Source: Octopus sinensis (lineage: Eukaryota). Taken from it: a stretch of DNA of 34,794 nt. Every line of letters starts with the position of its first letter. Positions within the stretch are counted from its first letter, which is position 1. Shown here one piece after another: positions 1 through 13,656 of the stretch. The translations under genes were made by a program, and so were the position numbers. The DNA lies in NCBI RefSeq assembly GCF_006345805.1, contig NW_021835385.1, forward strand, positions 1 to 34,794, in the 5' to 3' direction. Under the pieces are notes generated by a model. It was not told where the DNA came from, searched no databases, and was given only the letters and a program-made list of their open reading frames with translations.

Positions 1-205
1 ATCAATCCCTAATTCCTATGGCATTCTAAAATGATACTGAGGGCGTGAGTTTCCTCCACCAGCCGTAATGGAGTGAGCATTGCTGATGAGTATTAACTTC
101 CTATAGAAATTACCATGCTAATCTAATCCATCTGGCTTACCGTGGGGATGTTTCTCCCCACTGTCAATGCAAAGAGACCATGTCTTTTTGTGGCTAAGGA
201 GTCTA

Positions 206-552
206 AGGGTAAGGTAAAGACCCCCTTCGGTCATGAATGATCATGGGATTGCACCTAGAAAGTTACCCTCCTAGACACAAGTCCGGGCAAGGTTGTTTAT
301 GGAAGACCAGGAGTCGCCCATGCATACCGGCCTCCCCTCTCCACGCCACCGGTGTTATCAAAGGGAAAGACAAAGGTCGATACAGCTTGGCACCTGTGAC
401 GTCGCAACTCATTTCTACAGTTGAGTGAACTGGAGCAACGTGAAATAAAGTGCCTTGCTCAAGAACACAACACGCAGCCCGGTCCGGGATTCGAGCTCAC
501 AACCTCACGATCGTAAGCTCGACGCTCTAACCACTGAGCCATGCGCCTTCAC
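206..552 (-). mobile_element. Full-length tRNA-derived SINE (octopus OK-like) with 11-12 bp target-site duplication
   Basis: Minus strand GGCGCATGGCTCAGTGGTTAGAGCG (A box)...GAGCTCGAATCCC (B box), CORE-like ttcttgagcaaggcactt; ctaaggagtcta at 194-205 and 552-563. Confidence 0.9.
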
Positions 553-684
553 TAAGGAGTCTATGACTAATATTTCTAATAATGCTGGTGCTCACTGCAC
601 TCTTTTCACACTAGTGACTGTGAATTATTTTCCTTGTTGGTTTCAAATTGCCGATACCCACCTCAATTTAATAAATACACACCC

Positions 685-734
685 ATATATGTGTGTATAT
701 ATATATGTGTGTATATATGTGGGTGTAGCATATG

Positions 735-795
<61 letters not shown>

Positions 796-1080
796 TAACG
801 ACAATTTATAATAAAACATATGCATACATACATATATGTACATACCTACATCTATATGTATATATATACATGCATATATGAGTACAGGATATCACAAATA
901 AAAGTAGAACACAACGAGAAACGAAAACTTAAGATCAAACAAGGAAACAGACTTTTCCAACAACGAAAAAATAGAGTACAGACAAACAATACAAGGAAAA
1001 TTCCCCTTCTTCAGTTGGCCCTGTTTCGACTCAATGCGTATGTATATACATATATATATATATATATAATTATATATATA

Positions 1081-1123
<43 letters not shown>

Positions 1124-1175
1124 ATATATATATATATATAATATATAGGTATGTATGTATGTATATATGCATATA

Positions 1176-1252
<77 letters not shown>
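685..1252. repeat. (TA)n-rich microsatellite cluster
   Basis: Direct inspection; similar tracts at ~1535-1605, 4583-4685, 5817-5852, 6125-6180. Confidence 0.9.
877..1040 (-). mobile_element. Short repeat fragment embedded in (TA)n, likely a Penelope-like terminus
   Basis: Unique island between AT microsatellites; minus strand has a partial hammerhead-like CUGAAGA-agggg. Confidence 0.35.
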
Positions 1253-1254
<2 letters not shown>

Positions 1255-1369
1255 TTCTCTCTGTATCTTTATATGGGTTTGTTTGTCCTTTGTATAATAA
1301 AACGTTGATAACACACTTAACATTTCATTGAATGTATGAATTAGTAATATTGTGGGTCACAGTACAACA

Positions 1370-1518
1370 CTATTGACTATTGTGACGTATATATGCGATT
1401 AAATCGAATGTTTGGAACAAAACCAAATAAATTTGAATAAATGTGTTAGATGCATCTGCTTCCCCACAGTCTTCAACTCTAAATGTTCCCGTCACGGTTG
1501 AAAGGTCATGAGCGCCAT
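1370..1518 (-). pseudogene. Probable next exon, frameshifted: phase-0 reading MALMTFQP* (stop at 1494-1492); shifted frame HDLSTVTGTFRVEDCGEADASNTF...
   Basis: Acceptor ggcttttgcag|ATG. Unique sequence between two (TA)n tracts; the long protein-like frame is out of phase with the upstream exon. Confidence 0.5.
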
Positions 1519-1544
1519 CTGCAAAAGCCGATGTGTATATATAT

Positions 1545-1611
<67 letters not shown>

Positions 1612-1744
1612 AATATAAGAGAGTGGTCAATATATTGCTCACTCTAGCACCAGTTAATCAAAAGGTTCAACCACGAAGATACATGTTTCCATGAAAGCCC
1701 CCTTATTAATTAATTAATATATATATATATATATATATTATATA

Positions 1745-2109
1745 TAGGTCCCGGGTTGAGTCGGGTTAACCACAGTAAATAAGTTACTCAATACATAGCA
1801 GAGTAAATTAATTTATTATATAAAGGAGCTTCTACAGGACTAGAACTGTTTCATTCAAAAGAAATCACAGGAAGCTAGTTGACAAGAGTTGTTTTGGCAT
1901 TTATACATTAGGCAGGTTTAAAGGGGTGGTGGTGGGGGACTTTTTGGGGGTAGGCATGGCGCAAGACTATCATTCTTAGGGGAGTGGTCGAAGGAAACGG
2001 TGGTAAAGTAGATAAAAGAATAAAAGAATAAATAGAAAAATAGAGTTTTAGGTAAATAAGGAGACTCTCACTTATACATATACATATATATATACACCCA
2101 CATATTCAT

Positions 2110-2154
<45 letters not shown>

Positions 2155-2556
2155 TATATATACATATATATATACATATACATGCACACACATGTCCATA
2201 TACACACACATATATACACACATATGTGTACATATACATACACACATATACACACATATATGCATACATAGACATATACATATATACACATACACATACT
2301 TACACATACACACATACACCATATACACATGTACTCTATATGTACCCATATACATGTATCTACGTACAACGCCCATACCCATACTCATACATACACTTAT
2401 ATATGTCTACACACATATATATATATAACTATATAAATATATAAATATATAAATATATAAATAAGAGGGTATAGACACCCCCATACACACACGCTCACAT
2501 ATCCATATCTGTATATATATATACAATATATATATATATATATATAATATATACAT

Positions 2557-2590
<34 letters not shown>

Positions 2591-2909
2591 ACACACCCAT
2601 ATACACATATATATACATACATACATACACATACAAACCCATACATATATCTACATATATACATATACATATGTATATACATATATATACATATATACAT
2701 ACATATACATATATATATACACACTGGCACATATATATACATACACACACATACACATGCATATACATGCACACACATACACACACATTTTTATTTCCTT
2801 ATTTTAATTTTATTATTGCCTTTGTTTAAATCTTTATTTTTATCTTGAACTCGGTCAGCCATCCCGGCTGTCGTCCCAAGGGATAGTCTAAAGAGTCCAT
2901 TTATCTTTC

Positions 2910-2940
<31 letters not shown>

Positions 2941-3351
2941 ATGCTTGTGTGTTTATGTATATGTAGGTATGTAGAGTTATGTGTGTATGTATGTATGTAT
3001 ATATACATATGTGTAAATAGGTATATATGTGTATGTTTATATGTATGTATCCGTCTGTATAATGGGTAACTGCACGTATATATATTTATTATCTATTATT
3101 TGAGTATGCATGTATGTATATATGTATATGTCTGTAATGCATGTAGTATTATGTATATAAGGAGGCGCGTGTGTGGTGGTATGTGTATGCATATGTATAA
3201 ACATATGTATAACATTTATGTATGTATTACTTATGTGTATATAGATGATGCGCGTGGTGTGTGTGGTGTGTATTGTACGCATATATATGTGTATATGTGT
3301 ATGTATGTATATGTGTATGTATATGTATGTATATATATATATGTATATATA

Positions 3352-3384
<33 letters not shown>

Positions 3385-4460
3385 GTATGTGTATGTATGT
3401 GTATGTATGTGTATATGTATATATGTATATGTGTATATATATTTATTAGAGTATATGTATGGACTAGTCTTCTGTGGGTGTATTGAGGTATGTATGTGTA
3501 TGCGTGTAGATATGAATCTGTAGGTACGTGTACGTATGTGTATATACGTGAATGTATGTATGTATGAATATAACACGTGCATGTGTGTATTTGTATGAGT
3601 GTACGTGTGAGTGTGTGTGCGTGAGTGAGTGTTTGTGTTCGTATCAGTGAGTAGAAAGATAAATGGACTCTTTAGACTATCCCTTGGGACGACAGCCGGG
3701 ATGGCTGACCGAGTTCAAGATAAAAATAAAGATTTAAACAAAGGCAATAATAAAATTAAAATAAGGGAATAAAAATGTGTGTGTATGTGTGTGCATGTAT
3801 ATGCATGTGTATGTGTGTGTATGTATATATATGTGCCAGTGTGTATATATATAATGTATATGTATGTATATATGTATATATATGTATATACATATGTATA
3901 TGTATATATGTATATATATGTATGGGTTTGTATGTGTATGTATGTATATATATGTGTATATGGGTGTGTGTGTATATATATATATATGTGTATGTATATG
4001 TATATATATATATATGTATATATATATACATATATATGGATATGTGAGCGTGTGTGTATGGGTGTGTATATACCCTCTTATTTATATATTTATATATTTA
4101 TATATTTATATATATATATGTGTGTAGACATATATAAGTGTATGTATGAGTATGGGTATGGGCGTGTACGTAGATACATGTATATGGGTACATATGTACA
4201 TGTGTATATGGGTGTATGTGTGTATGTGTAAGTATGTGTATGTGTATATATGTATATGTCTATGTATGCATATATGTGTGTATATGTGTGTATGTATATG
4301 TACACATATGTGTGTATATATGTGTGTGTATATGGACATGTGTGTGCATGTATATGTATATATATATGTATATATATGTGTATATTGTATATATATATAT
4401 ATATATGTGTGTGTGTATGAATATGTGGGTGTATTAATATGTATATGTATAAGTGAGAGT
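1745..4460. mobile_element. Penelope-like non-autonomous remnant with a long inverted repeat (arms ~2065-2911 and ~3652-4460)
   Basis: Arms are reverse complements, including unique sequence (2791-2910 vs 3653-3775). The left copy continues into a terminal region with a hammerhead-like motif and AATAAA, and ends in (TA)n. Confidence 0.65.
1827..1876 (-). ncRNA. Degenerate type I hammerhead ribozyme motif
   Basis: AGCUUC-CUG(-)UGA-UUUCUUUUGAAU-GAAACAG-UUCUAGUC-CUGUA^GAAGCU: 6-bp stem I, 4-bp stem III, GUA triplet; the core lacks one A. Confidence 0.7.
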
Positions 4461-4579
4461 GAACTGGAGCACGTGAAATAAAGTGTCTTGCTCAAGAACA
4501 CAACACGCAGCCCGGTCTGGGATTCGAGCTCACAACCTCACGATCGTAAACTCGACGTTCTAACCACTGAGCCATGCGC

Positions 4580-4585
<6 letters not shown>
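4457..4585 (-). mobile_element. 5' part of the same SINE family (3' portion missing)
   Basis: Near-identical to 423-552. Confidence 0.88.
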
Positions 4586-4622
<37 letters not shown>

Positions 4623-4642
4623 TATATATATATATATATATA

Positions 4643-4686
<44 letters not shown>

Positions 4687-5611
4687 CATACATTAAATTC
4701 AAGAAATCAAGTTCGATTTAAAAGCGTGAGATGTATTGAAAAATAAAGAAATAATTTTATTCTGAAACGCAGGATAATGCTAATGATATAACGTGAACCG
4801 GATGAAATATCCATAATTTGTAGAAAAATCTGTCGGCGGCCAGCTGTGTGACTACAACTCACACCCCTGTGATTACGCTTTAAGTGCTTTACCATTAAGC
4901 TAAACTGCGTGAACGACAAATACTTCCGCAAATTTAGGCTATATACATCTAGCTTTATAAGACGCGTAATCTGGCCGCCGACAGAGTTTTCGGCAACAGG
5001 TGAATACTTTATCCTGTTCATGCTATACTATTAACATTATCCTGCGTTTGAGAATATAATTATATATTAGCTTGACACTCGGTAAAGTGGGGGAAATGGG
5101 AGGGTTTTTAATGTTCCGAGCATATCTCTTTTTCAGAAAGGAAAACGAAAATGTTGAGAAGAAAAATATTACCAAAAGGAAGTGTGTGATTACATATGTT
5201 CTTATGTGTGTGTGTCTGTGTCTGTGTGTGTCTGTGTGTAAACACAAGATTAGTGAATATTTGAGTAGGATTTTATTTACTGTCAGAATCGGAAATTATA
5301 AGACGGAATATATAAAGACAAAATAGTGGGTAGAACAGTCTTTTTATTGACCAGCAAAACTTCAGTAAGTTAAAAAAGAAAGTTTTATGTAATAGTTTAC
5401 TATCAGTAAATGGAGTTGATTGTCTGAATTTCATGAAACCTCACTATTTATGTGACGTTTCACATTTCTTCTATAAAATATGCATGTGTGTGTGTATGTG
5501 TGCGTGAGAGTGTGTATATGTATGCATGTGTGCGCATGTTCAGTGCATATGTGTGCGCGCACGCGCGTCTGTGTACGGAGAAAGAGAGAGAGAGGGCAGA
5601 TATCTACTCAC

Positions 5612-5694
5612 GGCTCTTGATATGTTCTCAGCGGGGATTTTATATTCGTTGAACTTTTTAAAAATCAAACGAAATACGAGGGATTTGGTCCAGC
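5612..5694 (-). CDS. Exon: (G)WTKSLVFRLIFKKFNEYKIPAENISRA
   Basis: caatccatag|GC...GCC|gtgagt; 83 nt, phase 1/0, in frame with the previous exon. Confidence 0.8.
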
Positions 5695-5813
5695 CTATGG
5701 ATTGATATAGAAAATAATCGCTGCGTTTATAAATGAGACACAATTCATAGATGCACATAAAACCCACATACATAGATAAAAATATACATTCATAATCACA
5801 TATACACTTAAAA

Positions 5814-5857
<44 letters not shown>

Positions 5858-6127
5858 CTTATTCTACTATTATATACGTTTTTATTATTATTATTATTTC
5901 CATTTACTTAAGCATTGACATTTAATTGTTATTTATTTTTTATATTTCTGTTATATGTAATTTTCTAGATGGTGTATTTAATTGTTCATTTTGAATTGAT
6001 AAAAGCTGTTTTTTTTATTTTAATTTTTTTATATATATCTTATATTGTGAAATTTGATTTAGTATTTCTAAATTTAATTTTTCCCTTGTAAGTTTGGATT
6101 TTATTCACTCAAATAATAATAATTTAT

Positions 6128-6172
<45 letters not shown>

Positions 6173-9100
6173 ATATATACACACATTATCATTCCTTTTC
6201 TTCCTGTCGCTCTCTTCGTTATCAGCTATCAATGCCTGCACATGGATGATTGCTTCCATACATCGATAGGACCTTTCTTGACTTCCTGTCCAACTCCTCT
6301 GTCCCTTCAGTTTCCTCTTCCAACTTCTGCACGACTTCCGACTACTGCGACTGCGTACGAGTTTATCGCCGAAATTATGTTCCAGGCATTCAGCTTTCTA
6401 ACCAATATTTTGCTCACTCGCCAAAAGTGCTCTCTTTTACTCTTTTCCTTCATGTCGTGGTGTTTGATTCCATCTGCGAGTGTGTGTGTGTTTTAGAGAG
6501 AGAGAGAGAGAGAGAGAGAGGAAGAGGGAGAGAGGGAGAGAGAGCATTGCAAACAATATATATATACACACATATATATATAAATATATATATATATATA
6601 CACACGTATACACACATCAAAATATTTTCCCGTATATTAATTACTATAAAATGTTCTTATTAACTATCAATTTGTAATAAACTTGTTAGTGTTATATTAG
6701 ACAATAAATAACACTTACCAATGAAATCATTCTTGTTACATAAGTGTCCGACGCAACAACCAGTACAAGACGTGCTATTCGTCCGTTTATTGCATGTAAG
6801 GGTATTGTTTATCATAGCTTCAACACATTTTCTGTATGTGCTGCAGGACCTTTCAGTCTTCAGTTTAGTACCGTTCATTGATATTGCGAATCGGCATACA
6901 GGCTGTAATAATAGATATGAAAATTATACACTACAACAACAATATTTATTAGTACGATTACTGCTAATTACAGCAGCAACAACAGAAACAACACCACTGG
7001 GGATGTTTACCATGCAAGTAAGTTTAATCATTGCTTTAAAATACCCAAAAGCAATAAATGAAACCGTAAAAGAGTTGCCGAATTGTTGAAAGTTAACAGC
7101 ATAAGTAAAATTCCGTAAAATTTATTGCTATTTAGTATTCAAAAATCATGTTTTAAATGCTTACAGTGTCCAAACCTCTCGGATCACATGTAGATATGGA
7201 CATCGGATCACGGTCTTTAGCAAAACCGCATCGCACTGTCACCCGTCACCAAACTTAAAATAGGTCAAATTATCCCAATAAAGATGTATCAATTCTCTAA
7301 AATTTCTTCTTACTGGAGGAATGCTCAAGAGGAATTTTTCATATAAAATTTACGGAAAATCATGCGTACAAAACTCACCAACAAGAGAAACTAATATGCC
7401 TTTACCCAAAGATGAAAATGAAATATAATTGTCAGATTGAACTCCTCAGTCCAAGCAAATAAAACAGAAAATACATAAAACGAACACAAGAGAAACTTCG
7501 TTTTATTTTGCAAGTATATTTTATATGAAAATACGGTATATTAGTATAAAATTTGGAGAGAAAACAACCAAGGTCTTGTTAACTTAATAAGGGACATTCT
7601 GAAAGCGAAAAATATCAGAAATGGAGAAGAATATTTAAGAAAAGAATCCATCACGAAAACGCAATTAATAATCGCAAACACCTAACAATAATAAAAGCAA
7701 TGAAAATGTAGACACTGAAGTTAGAAATAAGATATGCGTTGCCTTAGTTTGGAATTGAAACTCGTTTCTTCCAATGTTGGAAAAGTTTTAGAAAGAAAAT
7801 TGGATCTCCCAAACTGAGTGAGGATGTCATGAAAAAATAACCAATGATAGTGTCCGAAGGCTGGCGTATTCAAAAGAGCCAATGGAGTCTGTGATTGCAA
7901 ATGCATGAATCATTACATAAGCTAACTCAGCTTCAAGAAAACAGAAAGGTCTGAGATCAAAACAGGCAACAGAATTTAGCCATGCTCTTATGTCACGCTC
8001 TATTCTCCTATATTCTCGTAATGTGAAGCATTGATCTGTGACATTACCGGTGTCTTTTATTGTTTCTCTTGTGTTTCTTTCACCAATGTACAACTGTGTA
8101 TTCAGAGATATGCCTGACAATTTTAATTTGTGTTTTAGCTGCGTTTTAAAGTTATAGGTTTTACCTTTCTGTGAAACAATATGACCCCCACCTATTATGT
8201 TCTGGAGAGCTTATTGTACTACTTGATGTGAGGGAAGATTTAATCTGTTTCGAATATTTCATAACCTCGTATATCAAACAACCTCTTTTGCTATGGCCAG
8301 CAGACGAAGGAAAACTGTCATTTGCTTCTTAACTTATTCAATCCGCTCCCTGTAATGTTTGCGAACTGGTAGGGCCAGGTTCGACTTCCAGTTACCCCTC
8401 TAAGGTTAGTGACCCGAGGTCATTCGACAAGGAACCTTGATTCCAAGTTGACTTATAGCCACATACATTCATGCATCCTACTCTAAGGACAGCCATGTTT
8501 GTCGGAGAAAGGTCACTCTAAGTTCGTGTGTTCGTTTCTTGAATAGGGATTCCTGGACAGGGTAGAACGTTGCGTCCTTGAACAAGGCACTTCATTTCAC
8601 TTTGTCCCAGTCTAATCAAGTGAAATGTGTCCCAACCTAGTGATGTTCATCTATTTCTCCCTTCTATCGTCACATCCTTGTTTTCCCATTGAGTCATGAA
8701 TAAGAAGATCGACAGGGTGTGTGTATGTCTACGCAGGCACATAAAAAAAAAACTAGCGAAAGCATATTACAATCTATGTGGACTTTATGGCTTTCGAGTG
8801 ACGGCTGTGGATATATTTTAACGAAAAGGAAGAAAGTAACATTCCAGTTTACCTCTGCTTCTGGACAGCTTGTCACTTTTGAATCATTGCATGTGATTCC
8901 TGAACATGTTTGACACTGTAAATTCCGTTGAAATAACGAGTAATCTACAGAATACAAGTAAATATCTGTATTTATGAACCAAATAATGCAATGCATAGCA
9001 ATAACAAGAAATATTTTCTTTCAGATGTAAAAACAAATGTATGCGTGTTAGTATTGAAATCAATACTTGTTAGACATATAAAGCAAATTATTAACAAAGA

Positions 9101-9462
9101 CTATAAACCTATTTTCATGTTCATTTGGAAACGATTCAATAATGTCACAAATTCAACTGAGAGAAGCATGAAAGCCACTTGTTGTCCTTTTAGTATTCTG
9201 ATGTAACAAATACGTGAAAATCGTTGAACAAGTGAAATAAAGGGATTAAATTTGTAAGTTGCAAGCATTGTTGCAGTGGGAACTCCCTAATGAAACCTGA
9301 GAATCTCATTTAAGTTATGCTGCAATGTCATATAGTATGTGAAGAAGGCCATAATATGTGAAGTGAGCAAAACAATATTTGGATAAACAATAAAAATTAT
9401 GATCACTAATATTGTGCTTTTTCCAATATACACACATTTATGTATGTATGTATGTATGTATG

Positions 9463-9493
<31 letters not shown>

Positions 9494-10897
9494 GGTTTTA
9501 GTTGCCAATCCTGTAAAATACATTGTAGATATTTAGCTGGGCTAAAAAGTCACATTCGATCACAGCACCAGTAACAGTTAAGCTTCGTCCAATGGCCATA
9601 CTCGGTAACAAGGGGGCAGCCATAATAATACATGTATGTATTATGTATGTATGTATGTCATTATTCACTGTTATTTCAAGATTTCTTGGCAATAGAGGAG
9701 AGAGTTTCTATCCTACACCTACGGCTCCTTCATTGGAATTTCAACAACATCAATATTGCCATCATCTCGGAACTTTCTACCAACATATCCATGCATAGTC
9801 TTCTGTTTATAGATACTCATCCGTTCATCTAATGATACGTTGCGGTAGAGTCGTGCGACATCTTTGAGCATGTATTCTGTTATCAGATAAGGAATGTTGC
9901 TCAAGGAGCTGCCTTCCAAGTCATATGAATTATGCAAACTTGGTCAAAGGATGCACTTTGACATTTGTGGTTATAAGATGTTACCGAAAGGATATGATAC
10001 GACATTCAAAGACATTTTGCATCGATGTTAAGCCCCTGCCGCCTTGTTTTCGTTTTAAGGAGAGGGGGTCTACTTCACCGTTTATGTGGATATTATGTGT
10101 ACTTGTCAGTATTTTCCGGGTTTTCACATAAACAGCTCGGATCTCATCAAGTGTCCAATAAAGCAGCCCAAATGTCAGCATGAGTACTTGCACAGCAAAC
10201 ACGTTGTGGGCCAATGTTTTATTGAATGCATAGATTTCTGAGGTCGAAATTTTATTTATTCAGCTGTAATGTTCTTTGTTTATACTTTAATGACACCTGT
10301 AAGTTAATGGTACCTGTAAAAAAGCATTTGTTTTGTTACAGGTGCTGTTATGAGATATATTTTCAACCACCCCTAGATATCTGTAACATTCCTCTTCAGA
10401 TATAGGGGAAACAGTCAGGTCATTGATGTTGCTCGACTGGTTTACATTTTTCGCCCTTTTCACAACCATATAACATTTATCCTGAACAAACGCCAACCCC
10501 ACATTTTTTGAGAATGTTGTAACTTGGTCAAGGCTCTTTTTCATCTCATCCATATTCTTTGCATAAAGTTTTTAAGTCATCCACAAAGAAACAGCGTTCA
10601 ATTTTGTAATTTCTGTTTCCTTTTGAACCAATGAGATATCCTTAACATGAATGACATGAGGTTTACAGAAAGTATAAACAACATCATAACGAGGTTGTCC
10701 CCTTGGAATATGCCTTTGCGATATTGTATTCTGTCAGTGATAATAGTCACTCTTTGTGTTTAATTTCATGATGGTTGCCCACAATGGAATCAGGTCAGCT
10801 ATGGCTTTGATTATGGCTCACTGGAAATTTAGCAAGCTGAAGGACTTCTAGCATCCATGAGTATGTATGTATGTACGTATGTATGTATGTATGTATG

Positions 10898-10929
<32 letters not shown>

Positions 10930-10943
10930 TGTATGTATGTACG

Positions 10944-10977
<34 letters not shown>

Positions 10978-11086
10978 GGTATGTATGCATGAATGTACGT
11001 ATGTACGTATGTATGTATTTATGTATGTATGTATGTATGTATGTATGTATGTATATGTATGTATGGTATGTACGTATGTACGTATG

Positions 11087-11120
<34 letters not shown>

Positions 11121-13625
11121 TGTATGTATGTATGTATGTATGTATGTATGTATGTATGTGCGTATGTACATACATATACATACTGACTCATATATTTTCT
11201 CGAGTGATGTGCTTCATCGGACCCCATTTTAAGTCTGTCATTTGGAACCTTCGCTGTTTATGCCGGATTCTTCTCTGTTATAAACAATCAAGGCAGGTCT
11301 TTGGTTTCAGGATATCTTCCTACTTTGCCCCAACCAATCACAGCAGCCTTCTGAATGATCCTGAGCATTGACTGTCTTCCTGGCTAAGCGCTAAATATAC
11401 TTTACCTCTCTACTTTCGTTTTCTCCTCTCTCTCTCTCTCCTCCGCAGCATCACTCTTACCAACCCACATCCTCACATTATTTGTCCCTCCGCCCACATT
11501 TACACTTTATACACACTTCACACGCTAGACCACAGTTTCTACCTACACATCTCACTTCGGTAGCACAGTTACTCTCTGCACACTTATTCACACAAAGCAA
11601 ACACACAACACACTCAACACACACACGCACACACATACACACACAACTTTGTCCCATTGGATATTCTACATTTGACACACACATACAAATGCATACACAC
11701 TCGTACATAGACTCATACATATTCCCGCACACTCACTCTTCAAACACATACACACACTCACACACACATACCCATACTCACAAGTGCTGCCCTCACCTAT
11801 TCACTTTTGCACCCAACGTTTTGCTTTGTATCTCTAAACCACTCACTTCTCTCTCTCCCCCTCCTCCTCCTCCCTTTTCCTCCCACTACTGCTTGGCTCC
11901 TACTAACTGCAACGGTTTACCTCCCCTATACGCACTTATACCGCACCCTTCTTCTCTCCCTTTCCATTCGTGTTCACTCTTCTTCGAATAAAACCACTTT
12001 TGCTCTTCTCTCCTTCTTTCGTCAGCCATTTTCTGTCTCTCACTTAACCCATGTGTACCAACCCTTTGCTTGTACCGTCTACATTATTTGACCTTCATGA
12101 AGTGTGCCATCTTTTTCAGACAATTTACATTACTGAATGTTTTGCCTGCATTTTGCCCTTTCTTGTCTTGGTATTTGATCTTCTGAAGCAACTTTTCTCT
12201 CTTATTCGAGTTTTATCCTATAGATTCTACTGCAACTGTCCATGTCACGTCTTGCTGACTTTACAGTGTTCCCAGAGCATTGAACAGCAGTGATGGTGTC
12301 TGAATTGTGGTAACCGTCATGAATTATCATGAATACAGGTTTCTCTCTTCCAATATTTAGATGGCTTTCAAGGCGGCAAGCTGGCAGAAACGTTAACACA
12401 CCGGGCGCAAAGCTTAGCAGTATTTCGTCTGTTTTTTCACGTTCTGTGTTCAAATTCCACAGAGGTCGACTTTGCCTTTTATCCTTTCGGGGTAGCAGTT
12501 GCGTACTGGGGTCGATCCAATCGACTGGCCCTCTCCCCACCAAATTTCATGCCTTGTGCCTAGAGTAGCAAAGAATATTTAGATGGCTTCCAGTCCGCCA
12601 TATCAGCTTTTTTCTCAGCTACAACTTTATGCTCTCTAACGCCTTTGCTTACCAATACACTACGTTTTCCTTAATATAATGGGACATAAAATCGTTATAT
12701 TTAATACCCACACTCTGTATATCCATCCATCTACCATCTTCAACGCTCATTATTCCTGGGAGGGTCATGAGGACATCCGGTGCCTCAGGTACCTCCTGCA
12801 TAGAGTACTATCAGAGGCAACTGCCAATACGCATACTGATTGAATTCTCAAGCATGACCAAATGAGGCTATGGATATTTTCTAGCCATCTCTTTTTGGTC
12901 TACCTCTACATTCCCTGCTGTTTTGCATCATTTTAAAGAATCGATCTTGCGATTTTGTCATGTGACATCCTAATCGCATGTCCGCATTACCGGAAATGTA
13001 GTGGCACAATACGGAAAAGTACCGACCTGATCTGGAGAGACTCCCTCATCTCCAAGGTACACACTGTGTCGAGTAAAGCTACTCCAGTTTTTTCGGAGGA
13101 ATCCCATTTCGGCCGCTTCTGTTTGAGATCAGACTCTTTCAGTCGTTAGCCAATATTCATGACAACAGATGAGAATGGGCACGAAACCCAAACTGAAGAT
13201 AGTGTGTTTGGCTTTGTTACCAAGTTGTCCTCTTCTGGGGATCGAATACTGGAACATTTGTTGGTATCTCGGGAGGGTCATTTAGCCAATAATAAACACA
13301 CGTACTGGTTCTATTTCACTTTAATATTCGTCACTTTGTTAACAATTTGTTAACGAATTAACTAAATGAATGTTTGATTAACCGTTTGGTTAACCTATCA
13401 ACCAGTTATGGTTGTTAGCGACATTTTGTTGTCAATCGTGACCGCTTCGATGACTTGTTTTTGTTCTATACTTATGTAGTTATGAGAGAGAGTGTACGTG
13501 AGAGAGAGGGTTAGAGAGTATGTCTGTGTACATATGTGTGTGTACATGTGAGCGTACATTCATGTGTGCGCTGTTGTGAATGTTTGCGTATGTATGTTTG
13601 TGTATGTCTGTGTGCGCGCGCGCCC

Positions 13626-13656
<31 letters not shown>

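Noticed and set aside
470-552. Possible tRNA gene (also ~4505-4585)
   Set aside because: It is the tRNA-derived head of a SINE with body, tail and TSD.
1370-1440. GPI-anchor signal (FIQIYLVLFQTFDLIAYI) ending the Ly6-like protein
   Set aside because: This frame needs a phase-1 donor, but the preceding exon ends in phase 0. It would fit only if 5612-5694 were skipped, and the tail has polar and charged residues.
643-4501. Many ORFs rich in Y/I/V/C/M/H/T
   Set aside because: Translations of TA/TG/CA microsatellites.
4707-5021. 104-aa non-repetitive ORF as an extra exon
   Set aside because: No recognisable motif and no convincing splice-site pair.
7720-8120. Possible RTE-type RT fragment (TDQCFTLR)
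   Set aside because: Only one short motif matches; not enough to call.
11185-11290. Third hammerhead-like relic (CCGAUGA, minus strand)
   Set aside because: Both core boxes are degenerate and the stems cannot be drawn with confidence.
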